Both the position numbers and the translations under genes were made by a program. A DNA stretch of 64,000 bases from positions 79,298,001-79,362,000 of the forward strand of contig CM060732.1 of the NCBI GenBank assembly GCA_030704615.1, given 5' to 3'. Positions 12,219 through 24,111 of this stretch are shown piece after piece. The notes beneath the pieces are model-generated. The model was not told the DNA's origin and did not search any database. It saw only the letters and a program-made list of their open reading frames with translations. How positions within the stretch are numbered: position 1 is the first letter of the stretch; every line of letters begins with the position of its first letter. The DNA comes from Takakia lepidozioides. Lineage: Eukaryota; Plantae; Bryophyta.

Positions 12219-12905
12219 TGGTCGGAATCCTCGTCAACTATAACTAGTATGTCAATACCAACTCTCAACACACCAATAGGTCCCCACGAGGCATCTTCAA
12301 AAGGCTCAGTCCAAATACCGGTAAGACCTCCTCCACTCCCCACACCAACAATGTCTCCTCCACTCGCCTCTGCACTAGCAATCGCCCCTCCACTCCCCTC
12401 TGCACCAGCAATCTCTCCACCACTCCCTTCTGCACCAACAATCTCTCATCCACTCCCTGGACCAGCCATCCCTCCTCCACTCGGCCCCAAATTAAAATCC
12501 CTCCTAGGAGTAGCCTCGTGGAGGATTTGTGAAGAGTCCAGAAGATATCCTCAGTCTGTGTATCCAGCTGAACAGAAAACCAAATAGGGATATGTATAAT
12601 GTTATGTTCGGAAACACCGACAGACAGAGGAGGCCCTGCGGGTACCTTAAGGGAATGGAAAGATGCATCAATTGGTACATAGACTACCCTAACCTTCAAT
12701 GGTTGGGAGAAATTAAGGTAAAATGAACTCTTGACAGCTACAAGTGGAATAGTTTGAAGATCCTTCGATTCAGGATCCACATCTCCATGAACCTTCACAC
12801 AACGATGTTTACGAACCGGAGAAAAAGTGCCTAAAAAAATGAGAGCAATACTTGTGCTTGGGTCAAACCTCGCTAAGTAGCAAATGTGCAATTTCCCCAC
12901 CTTAA
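12219..12905. repeat. Dispersed repeat copy A (copy B at 38355-38970), containing a 27-30 bp tandem array at ~12331-12485
   Basis: Shared blocks TGGTCGGAATCCTCGTCA, CCAAATACCGGTAAGACCTCC, CTCGGCCCCAAATTAAAATCCCTC, TGGTACATAGACTACCCTAACCTTCAATGG. Confidence 0.9.
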
Positions 12906-13623
12906 CTGATGCTATAAGCCAAAGGAAGCTTGTGTCTTCGTATACACGGAGTAACGCTCGAAAAGTAGGCGAATCTGCGAGTGGAACAGCGTATGGAGAA
13001 TCCTCAGAAAGCTCCAACGGGTTAGATGCACAGGTGCTGTAAAACTGCCCAGCTTGGAAGGCCATTGTAGGGGATGATAATTGGAATGAGGTAAGAACTT
13101 AACCCTTAATAAGTGTCAAACCGACCCATTTTAGGTTCTTTAACCATCCAGTTCTTATTAGGGTTAACTCTGATTTGAGTCAAATTAGGCTCATTATGGA
13201 GGAAAAAAACTCTTACAGAATGGCATTGGCCAATCTTCAAAAAGGAAATATATACATGGAGTAAGACCCCCAGTTTGGGGCTAACTCAACTTTTTTGACA
13301 TACTTTTGCGGAAACATCTTGCCCCAGTTGCTTACATGGCAACCACTGGAAAGGGTTTCACCCTGAGAACGGCGGGCCCACACACATCCCAATGCCCCAG
13401 AGGAGCTCCTCGGAGTGCCACCCAAGGAATCGGGCGGGGCCCGGGCAGGGCCGCTGTCGCTCCCAGGTATTTCCTTTTCAAAAACAATTAAAATTAAAAA
13501 TTAAAAAAATAGAGTGAGGGATGTGTGGCTGAGAAGTGCACTGGCCTTCCGTGATCCCCAGAGTGCAGAGCAGATCAAAGGTGGAGCGTTTGAGAGGCGA
13601 CACAAATTGAGGCTGCATCCGCA

Positions 13624-14356
13624 ATGTGGCTCGTCGCAGAGAAGGCAATACGCTTCATTCGGCTCGCTTTGATCCGGTTGGTCCTAACTATCTATACAGG
13701 CAGACATGATGGGAGAGAGTTCTGTGTGCTCACAAAAGTTGAAGCAGAAGCTGAGAAGAACAACCCGATTCTGTGTTGCAGACCATCTAACTCGCAGAGT
13801 CGTTGAGCATGCCGGTGAGATTTGTGCATAACCCTCTTCGAAACAAACCACCTCATCTTTTTATCTTAATGCTGGTTTTCCTTAAAGCACGATCTATAGC
13901 ACATTTGCAGATTGAGCTGAAACTGAACTGAGCTGAAATTTCGACGATGTGGGTAGATAATCTGAGTTTCAGGACCTAATCGCAATGTTCACTAGCAACG
14001 GATATGATGTGGCAGGGCTGTCATCGAGAGTGAGGGTGGTGGAAGGGGTTCTGAGAACAAGGATAGACGAGGTGAAGTGGCTTTTGGCGACAGTGGGTGA
14101 GGCCTCCTTTGATTTTGTCCTCATTGATCATAAAAAGGAGTTCTACTTGTCTGATTTTTCGCTACTAAAGACAGAAGGCCTCATCACAACGGGAACCGTT
14201 GTGTTTGCCGACAACATGCGCATTCCAGGTGCGCCAGAGTACAAAAAGTATGTTCTACAATCGCACAAGGAGGAAATGGATACAGTGCAGTACAAGACTC
14301 AGTTTGAGAACATCAGTTGGTTACCTGACCTGGTCCTGGTTTCCACTTGCAAGTGA
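13624..14356 (+). pseudogene. Catechol O-methyltransferase-like remnant (N- and C-terminal parts; SAM-binding middle missing)
   Basis: FDFVLIDHKKEFYLSD...GTVVFADNMRIPGAPEYKKYV; no ELGxxxGYS motif found between the pieces. Confidence 0.7.
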
Positions 14357-16309
14357 TGACCAGCGGGCCGTCCGAATGCGTTCTCCAATGTACATTCAAC
14401 TTATTACCCGTACCGTGCACAATAGAGGTACATTATGAGTTCTCGGTCTGAAAAGAGACTCTCGAGGAACAGTTCAACTCAGCCAATCGACGAAATTTAC
14501 GAGCTTGTTCTTACTTTGAGCTCTACTGCAGTTGAACTCAAAACGAAGACCAATTTTTTGGGCAGGGACAGAGAGGGCTTTACATTTCAAATCGGAACTG
14601 CGAGAGCTAGGACAAGTTTTAAATTGGTCCTGCAAATTTGGAGCATCAACACACATTCGAAGTACTATAGGTCATGTGAATAACGTTCACGATTCCCTTT
14701 ATCTACCATCGGCAACCCTTTTCCTTAACTCTCTCAAAGTCCATTCTCTTATACATGGTATATTAAAGATGGCGACGAGGTTCTCGTCAACGAACTGTAT
14801 CTCAAACATGTAGTTTTTCAAAGGGCTCCTCCTGCGGCTGACTCTTCTTGAAGATTTGATTTACAAAGTGGATTGTGAAGAGCGGGTAAGCATGCATCAC
14901 TGCCTCACGCTCTCATGCATCACTGTCTTGAACGTTCTCTTCCATTTCGTCACTTTATGATCCCATGAATTTCTTTAGATGTGTAAGGCATTCAATGCAA
15001 ACTCAACTTCTGCATGGATGCGACGATATATAAATCGGAAGTACACATCACCGCTCCTGCATGCATCTACTCAGTCAAGTAAGACTTACATAACCTGATG
15101 ACATCGTATCGAAGAATTCCGGTGGCCGTGCTTTGCATTGGAGACAGATTTGAGCTGACTAATAAGGACAGCAGTCTCATTCCCAGGCTGATAGTCGGCA
15201 AGCAGCAATCGTAATCTCCTTCTCAACCAGATGTGCAGTCCCCAGACTCAAGTAGGACACAATGCTCACTTTATAATGGCACAAACCCATTTTAGCTTGC
15301 CGTAAAGGATGGATCACTCAAATGATTGATAGCGATTGCCAGCATCCGCTTGAACCCAGAGAGAGGAGGGCAAGAACAAACCAGGGGAGGGCCCAACAAG
15401 CACCAAGTTGTTACAAGAAGCATGATACATTTGGCCACTGTAAATGCATCTTGGTCATGAAAGTCAGGTGTGATGTAGCTACTGACTGAAGCTGGTAACA
15501 TCATATAGATGTAGCTGTTTTCACAAAATCCACATGACTGTAAGTGATATCAACACAAAATATCTTGACGAAGCAGACAGCACATGAAGTCCTGACTCTG
15601 CACCAAGGGTCATTGTATGATTCTAGAAGAGAGATTGAATTTACATTACATACTGCAGGTGATGGGAGGACTGGCCATCTCATTGCAATTTTGTTACATG
15701 TTGCAACCACACACAACACACTCTCCTCTTGAATACAGATATATCTAATTCATAATCCATGAAGTGGCATTTAGCAACCTGCGGGATTTTCTCAATGGAT
15801 ACACCCTATCATTAAATGCCCTCCAAATTCTGAATTATGCACTCTTGCCCACTAGTATCCTTGTCTTAGCAACTTAGCTTGTGCTCCAAATGCAAGTTGC
15901 CATGACCGAAAGCAAGTGTTTGGTGGCTCCCTCTTTGCTGTCCGGTCAGTTTTCCTTTGTATTTGCATTTGGGGTGTTTGTTTACCAACTTACAAATATT
16001 GGATAACCAACTCAGCACTCTCATGGTACCTGTAATGGCACCAGTGACAACATATTTTAATTTCCAGCACATGTTTGACTGTCAGGACCAGGGCAGTTCA
16101 TAGGAGCCATTTGTACTCCCTTTACACATGCCTTGTTCTTGAAGGCATCAAGTGATTAGTAAAGGTGATCTACCCTACTCTAACAGAAACTAATTTTATG
16201 ATGTCCATAGGGAGACCAAACCCAAGAGAACAAACAAAGGAACACAAATGACAAACATCGACCACGGTAGAAATTATTTAGGGCAACACAGAATCCAGAC
16301 AAGGATTGG

Positions 16310-19300
16310 TTATAATTGAAAAAGGGCGAGACAAGTAACATTAACACCAAAAGAATGAAAAAGACAAATCACATTGACAGGGAGCCTGCTACGATACCTT
16401 TTAGGATCTTTCCAGAGCAACTCATAAATAACCTTCTTCAATCTCCCAGTGGATATTTTGCGGATACCCCACTTGCTGTACAAGTAATAGCGCTCTCGCA
16501 TGCTAGAATGTGTTGTTATGTTGGTGTAGATGATATCCCTTTGTTGTTTGACTCGATCTTTCATCGTGTCGCGGTTTTCGAGTCTCTCCAGAAGTCTCTC
16601 AATGCTCTGGATTTCCCAAGCAATTGTTGGTGGCCCATTGAGCAGTGGCACATCATATGCCAGTCTCACCTGTTGTGGGCCAACTTTTTCTAAAATGGTA
16701 GAAGAAGATAATTGCAGTGTGCTATCAAACAGACACGACCTGTTTTTGAACGTAGCACGCATTCCCTTCCCCTATCCGACTTTCACACATGCATTTCAGT
16801 CCCCCAGGAAAAATTATGGGAGTCCAACATGTCCACATTTCAATGCAAGCCATAACTTAAAGAGCAATGTCCTGGAGTATAACCCTGTTGTGTAAAGACA
16901 CTCTGAACTACATGTGCTCACTATTAGTAAATAAAATTGACTCTCTCTCAGCAACAAGATTATTCTATGGGTTCACATAGCAGTATTCACAAAATGCATG
17001 TGCAGGTATACCAGTTGTGTACATAACATAACTTGGTCTATCTGAGAGGATGAGAGATATGTGAAGTGAAACAAAGGCCGCAGTTTGAAATGGCTCCTAC
17101 AGAGAGATATAAAAACACTACCTCGTGGGCAAGGTAACTCGAATCAGCAACCAGACGCTTATACTTGAAAGACCTGGTCAGAAGATCGACACATTGCTCC
17201 TCCCATAGCCTGCAAAGGTCATGGAGGGAAGGCAAAGGATGCCCAGCAGCTGCTCTCATGCCACAAACCCATGTGCAAGCTCGCTGCAAACTGGGTAGCG
17301 ACTCATTGCTGTACGTCGGAAACACAGGACCGCAATTGTTTTCTGGAGACCCAAAGCATTCGACCACCCTGGATTCCTGCGTGGTCTGTGTCACTGCTTT
17401 GTTCCTACACCAGCCTGAATACCTTCGAGTATTGCCTGATGAGCAACAATAATTATCTGCCTCCAAGCGTTGTCTGGGAGAATCCTTGCAAATAAACAGT
17501 GTGCCAGAGTAATTTCTTGGACGTTTCTGCAGTCAATTTGCTGGAAAGGGTAAGATACTCTCAATCTTGTAGGGGTCTTAAAATACTAAACTGTGTCCTC
17601 ATCCACAACAACTTTTCCTGCCAGCTCTGCCATACAAAAGAATGGACATTCAATAGCAACAGCATGGAAACGCTGAACAAATTGATTATCCTATTCTCTT
17701 CCAAGATTGGATTTGAACATTGCACGCATATAGACCCCACCAAGGAGAAGTACTTATAGGACACTTGTACTCCATAAAATTTTATGTAAAAGCTATGTTA
17801 CCATAGCAACCCCTCACCATTCTAAAACTTTTACCTTTTCCAGCCTTTTAATCCAGCAATCAGCATGAGATGGTCGGGCCGTCCCAGTGGATGCAACACT
17901 CTCACTGTCAGAATCGCGATCACTGCCGTGCAAAAAGTGAGCCGATGATGGATCTCGACTATACAGGAAAAATGTCGTAGAATTTGAACTTGACTGGTCC
18001 TGATTCAATGATGTGGGAGATTTGGTATCTGTAGAAGTTAGGTCTGAGTGTTCAGAATCTGGAGAAGAGGGACCAGGATGCAAGCTCACATGTTCCTTCT
18101 TCCTTTTGGAAGGGGTGAGATCAACTTTTGAGTTTGTTTGTGTAAAAGAGTTCTCTCTGCAAGTTGAGATATCCAGTCCCTCGCTTCCATCCACACTGAT
18201 CCTTCCACTGGAATCACGTCCTTGCTCCTTGCAGCAGCTCCAGCCAGGCTTAGGTTCAAGCAGCGTGGTACACTGCAGGAAAGTTGGACCCACCAGAGCC
18301 TCTTTTGCAACAGAATCAGATAGCTCCGTGTGCAACAAATCCTGCCAATCACTTAGAGATGATACAAGTGACTTGCCTGCCATAATGTAGGCAGCAATAT
18401 CCGCAGCCAGTTGCATTGGATCTCGAAGCTCCATAGTACCACCTTGCTCTTGGCCTGGCTTTTTGTATACCTCAAATTTGCCCCCTGATGTTCTCCAATG
18501 ATATCCCTGAACCCAAGGCTTGCTGGTTGTCCATGAGCACACTTCTGGAAGAGATGAAAACCCTTCCAATATCCCGTCAATAGGAGCCAGTCTTTCAGAA
18601 TCCAAGTCATAGGTACTAGACTTTCCATCTCCTGGTAGTTCTGCTAATGCCTCAACCTTATTCAAGTTTGAATTGTTCTCTGAAGTCTTTTGTTTGCGAA
18701 ATATCTCACAGGCCGATCGTAGTGCATCAATACCTGGCTGCAAGGCAGCTAAACTCGGTATTATGAAATGTGGAAGCACACAGTTTTCTAGCATTCGTGA
18801 TCCTGATTCTTCTGCAGAGGGATTCAGGTGCCGCTCATCTGGGGTGCACATCTTGCCTTTGTCAGCATTTTTCTCGAAGATTTTTAAGCCTGGGGAATCT
18901 CCTATGCAAGCTTTCTCACCAACATCATGCAGCTCTTCAAGATCAAAATCGAGCTTTTTGGCATAGCCATCAATTAACGACAAGTTATCCCCCTTCCAAC
19001 CTGGTAAAACCTGGCCACTGTCAGAAACTGTACCCTGGAATCTACCCTGTGAGAGTGTGCCTGATCCAGGTGCAACAGTGTCCCTAAGGGCTCCAGCTGA
19101 TGTTAAAATTGCACGTGGTAGCTCCAAGGACTCTGACAATGTAACTCCAGGGACTGCCCCATGTTGGAACAGCTTTTCGAGCTCATCCAGTAGTTCCTCT
19201 TCCATGGATGGAGAGAAAGGAGATTCCATGCCCCCATCGTCAGAGGAAAGTAAAGCCTTGATGGATGGAGGAGTCAACTCGACCGTTTCAATGTCAGTGC

Positions 19301-22300
19301 AAGTGAACATCTTCTGAAGCCGTGGGGGCGATTCAGCATTTGTTGCATCCGTTTCAATTGGAGGCCCGGGGAGAGACATGGTGCTTCTAACACTGTTTGT
19401 TGAGACCCTCCCCTCAGAAGATGTGAAGCTGCCAGCTATGGTGGAGTAACAATTCGTTCTAACAGAAGGGGAAACCGCTGCTGTTTCCAAACTTGTAGAT
19501 TCAGACTCTATGGAAGAGAGGAACGAATCGAAGCTTTCCACATCTAGGAAAGTCTGCCCATCTTCAAGTGAGTAGGAGTTTTCGCCACTCACCACGTCTT
19601 TGGAGTTCAGCTCGCTGTTAGGTGAAGGAGGATCAAAATCTGAAAGCCACGATACAGGAGGCAATGGTGGAGGAGTTTCGGATTCTGTATTGATCCATTT
19701 TGTGGCAGGAGACTGGAATGATTCAATTCTTCCAAGAGCTGAAGAAGCCCACTCCCTGGTAGGTGAAGGGGGCCATTCAACTTCCCCTGCATCTGAAGAA
19801 GCCTGGGCACAAACAAGTGAGAGGGAAGATTTTACTGTTCCCATATTAGAGGATATCCATCCCCTGATGGGTGTGGGGGGCAGTGATTTTTCACTGCTAA
19901 TGTTTGTGAAGGCCACTTCTGTCGTGGGTGAGGAGGTGGGATCTTCAACACTCCATGCATCTGAACCGTTCCAGATCTTGCAAGGTGATGAAGGGTGAGG
20001 CTCCAAGCCCTCATCATTGATGACTTCACAGTTTTGTGCAAGTAACTGGGGAAAGCTGAAGGACGATTGATCTTGAGAGAACAGTTGCTCGGGGTGCACG
20101 GAAACAGTGTCAGTAATATCAATGTCGGTTGAAGGTGGTGTCTTGGCGCCAGAAGACTTAAATGCAGGTAAATTGTCCTTTGCAAGAATTGAATCTGTCC
20201 ATATCCTCATCTGTGCGGACGCCTCTGTGCTGCTCACACTTGCCAAAATAGGTATGCTGGGAGAGCTGAAGCTTTCTTTTTCCCTTGAGTGCAACCCACT
20301 GATTGTCTGCCAGGGAATTTCAACGACAACCTCTGCGCCATAGCCATTCTTCTCCTCTTCACTGAGGCACTGTGAATTATTTTGCAACGATGATTCGAGA
20401 TTGAAGTCACCTTTCTCTGATGACAGGCAGCTCTCACATGGAGAGTCCACGAACTGCAATCAGGTGTGCTACTTAGAATTAAAACAACAACAGTACACTG
20501 AGCATGCAAAGACCCATGAGCTTAAATTCCCAAAAAGTGTGAGAAAGAAGCTTGCGAGAACACTGAAGTCCCACTCAAACGTAACGATCGAGCTAAAAGT
20601 TACATGTCACATCAATTCATTAATAAACAGTCAGAACCGAATTCAAAGGGCATGTTGGCAACCTATTAACGAAGCACAGTCTCAAACAGCTTGCTAGAGA
20701 TTATGTCCTGCTAAAGAACGGTTGAGACCTATTACAGCATGACCACTTTCTTTCTACAAGCCTTTCTGATATGGTGTTTTTGAAAAGTACAAGCTGCACT
20801 AGAAGAATGGCAATGTCATTGATGTACAAATCATATGTTTTCTCCAGAAATGGCATCATATGCAGCGGTAAGTCAGGATATAGAAACTCACATCCCCACA
20901 GAAAGATAGTCCATCTTTTGCTGTCTTGCTAGGTGACAGAGGTTGTCCAACTGATTGTGGATATTCCGTAGAGATGTCAAGAACACTGCGGCGGCTACTG
21001 AATTGCAACTCTCCCTCTTCTCTTGCAGGAAGGAGTAAAGTTGCCAATTCGGTTAGGAGCTCATCTTCTCTGCTTTCTGAGATGCTTGCATCATAGAGGA
21101 AATCGATAGGGAACCCTGGCCTGTCGATGAAGATCACCCCTTTCTCACCTGGAATTGTCAATACTCATATCAGCAATCAGTACCTCTGTAGTCTCAAAAC
21201 TTGTAGAGGGAGCATCAGAGAAGCTTCCACATTGTCTCTGAGACTACACCATAGAGCCAACTCCCCAAAGGGACATGTAACCAACCTTCACCTCTCACTG
21301 TGTCAACAATCCACCTTCTACTTTGACCCATGGGCCATTTGGGCACCCAGTGCATGTCAGAAAGTTTCTTTCTTGCTTGCAGAGTTTGTCAGGCAAGATG
21401 CTTAGCCCCTTTCCTTCGTATGGGCAACCCAACTCTGGGCAGTGAGCTAACCCATTTTCTCTTAGGTAGTTTCTAGTTGTTTCGAAACTTGGTGTGATTA
21501 AATATTTGGGCTTCTTGTAAACAATGCAGAGCTTCTTATATCCTCTTTCTTCAGCTCTGCTCGATTACACTGAGGAGCAGGGTCAATGACCAACAAGGCT
21601 CCTGCAAGCAATTGTAATGATGACACTTCCCACCTCTCTGTGACTCACACTAAACCCACAAAAAATCCTGCTGGTTCTAATCACCTATCTTATGATCCCC
21701 AAGATGTACAATAGCTGAGGACACATAAGAACTGAGCAAGGTTTTCACAGCAACCCACCAATACTGTCCTCCTCGAGAAAACACCATGCACTATTGATTG
21801 CCAAATCAGCATGTAGGTTTGCTTCTTTGACTGCTTGGGCTCCTCCATCAGACACATCTACTCCATTGGAAATCTCCTCAATCTCACAATTCAGTCTTCC
21901 AGAGAAACCAGCAATGGCACGGCTTCTCAGCCTTCCATGCTGCCGCCATCTTTGTTGAATAACTAGGGCCAATCTGTAAAGTTTTTGGTACCATGTTCTG
22001 GCCATTCGCATTCGCCAAAATGCCTGCAGGGACAATTGTTGAGCCAAAATAGAAAAAACTCAAGCCAATCCATATGAGCAGAGAGTCGAGAGAGAGGTAG
22101 TGCTGAGAGAACCCACTTTCTGGATTAAAAAATACCATTGATGGACTACAGCATCCACGCCAGTGCAGGCATACATAAATCTGAGGGACCCAGTTCCTAA
22201 CCCGTGTTTAGACTAAATCATCACTAACCTGAAGAACAATTGCAGCTTTTTCTCTTTTGGCCGACCAAGGGAATTTCCAGTAACCAAAATGGAGCGCACT

Positions 22301-24111
22301 CTTCAAGGATACGCGATCGGAGCTTGCATCATCAATCAATCCTCTTTTATGGATCCTTGTCTGAGACATACGCAGAATGGAAGGAGACATTTGCTTGATA
22401 TCGACTGCTTTTGGAAGGGTCTGAGAACTGCCTCCCACCCTATGAAGCCCCCCTTTCAAAGATCTCCGCAGTCTGGCTTTGCGTTGTGGGGTACCCAATC
22501 TGCTGAGGGTGTTGGTTATTGCTGCTAGTGCTGGCCTGCCTGATTTGACCACCATGGTGAGCGCCTTCTTCTTGTCAGTTTGAGTCAAGGGCTTTAAAAC
22601 CGCTGCCATCCAGGGAATCAACCAGTTGGTTAGAATCCAGTCTTGAGTTGTGTTATCTACCCTAAGGATACTTGAGGTTATAAAAGCGCAGGTACAGGAC
22701 AGATCTTTATGCTGCCAATGTGGCATCGTCTTACTTATCTGCATGCAGAGTGTACAATCAAGTATGTAGAGCAGTGGAACCGAGGGGGCTTGAGCTTGAG
22801 GTCAGACTCAATTGCTCCAAATATGCTGCTTTACTAGAGAGAATTAAGGATCTAGAATGATTGCTTTGGGAATAAATGAAGCAGTTGAATCTGAAAAAAA
22901 GCATAGAAACTACCAGCCTTGGAGTCAACACCCATGTACTTGGAAAAGGAAAGGGCTCTCTTTGTTGCCGTAGAACTAACAGCTTGGGGCTCGCGCTGCT
23001 GAAGGTGTCGCGACACTTTGCTCCAGTAGTACACCGTCTTCCCCTTCCGAGGCCCTTGTGGACCCCCTGTATGTCAAGATAGAGTGGATTACAGAATTAT
23101 TTGGAGAATGTAGAATCAATTTAAACAGTCTCAAATGGAAGGAACAGAGTCAACACAGAAATTACTGGATTTCTGTTGAGATAAAAAGGAGATTTACCAT
23201 TGTGTGTCTTTGCAAGTGTTTCCCAGTCGCGCTTCACCAATGCATCTGGGCAGTACTTGAGCCAGTACGCTATCACTGTATTCTCGGCATGCTCCAAGTC
23301 CCTTAATCACCCAATGATCAACCTGGTCATTTCTAGTTACCTTCCCCTCATCAACTCACTTGAAAACAATCATATTTCTTACTTCCCGTCCTTTTCAACA
23401 ACACTCCAGCGACAACCGGCAATTCTACCCCCAAAAGTCTGTCCGCTTTCCAAAATCTGTCGCTCTCTCTGGCAGCGTCAACAAGACACACAATATCCTC
23501 TTTTTACTCGAGCCCCTCAGATGTGCCGAAACAATTAAATGTCCACAACGCTCCGGCAAGTGTACGCTTCTCTTTTCAATGCGATGATGTCCCCTAACCT
23601 CCCTGGACGTTATAAAGTTTCAGCCAGTTTCTGGCTCGCTGTCTCGATTTAGGAAAGGCCCCTAGCAATGAGAATCCATGTCGACAAAACTAGCTGGAGT
23701 GTACCTGCAAAGTGTCCAAGAAAAGGATTTCTTATGCTTCCAGGCATCGAGATGATACTGCTCAGAAATCTGCAGGGGTCCAATGCTAGCCCCATTATCA
23801 CCATCAGGGCAATCCACACGATTACTGGATTCCACGAACCGCAACGCGTTCAAGAGGGGCCGAAGTGCGCGTCTACAGTCATGTAGTTTCCTGCGATTCT
23901 TTGCCTCCCCCAGCAGATGTAGTCCCAAGACTTTTGTTTTCTCCCATGGATTTGGTCGCCTCTTGCTGGATAGCACAATCCCCTTCGCTTGTACCAACAC
24001 CCGTGCCCGAGCTCTCCTCTTCTCGATGGACCGGGAAGGCTTGGGACTCGCTGGTGAGAGTCCTCTCCCTGGGAGACTTTCAGCAATTTGCGAGATACAA
24101 TTGTGCGCCAT
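16310..24111 (-). CDS. Multi-exon gene: i-type (destabilase-like) lysozyme domain + IQ motifs + long Ser/Pro-rich region + kinesin-7/NACK C-terminal (DUF3490)-like domain; 3' end unresolved
   Basis: Exons 24111-23705, 23301-23198, 23066-~22940, ~22661-22229 and ~22025- splice in frame. They give ALRFVESS..GDNGASIGPLQIS..LAKTHNGGPQG..YYWSKV then AAIVLQAFWRM..ALVIQQRWR. Large exon 17818-20456. LWEEQCVDLLTRS and RYYLYSKWGI...LLWKD at 16.4-17.2 kb. Confidence 0.65.

Noticed and set aside
12331-12485. Regular ~30-bp repeats as a possible CRISPR array
   Set aside because: Head-to-tail units without unique spacers; eukaryotic minisatellite
18013-20343. Several plus-strand ORFs
   Set aside because: Antisense shadows of the large minus-strand exon
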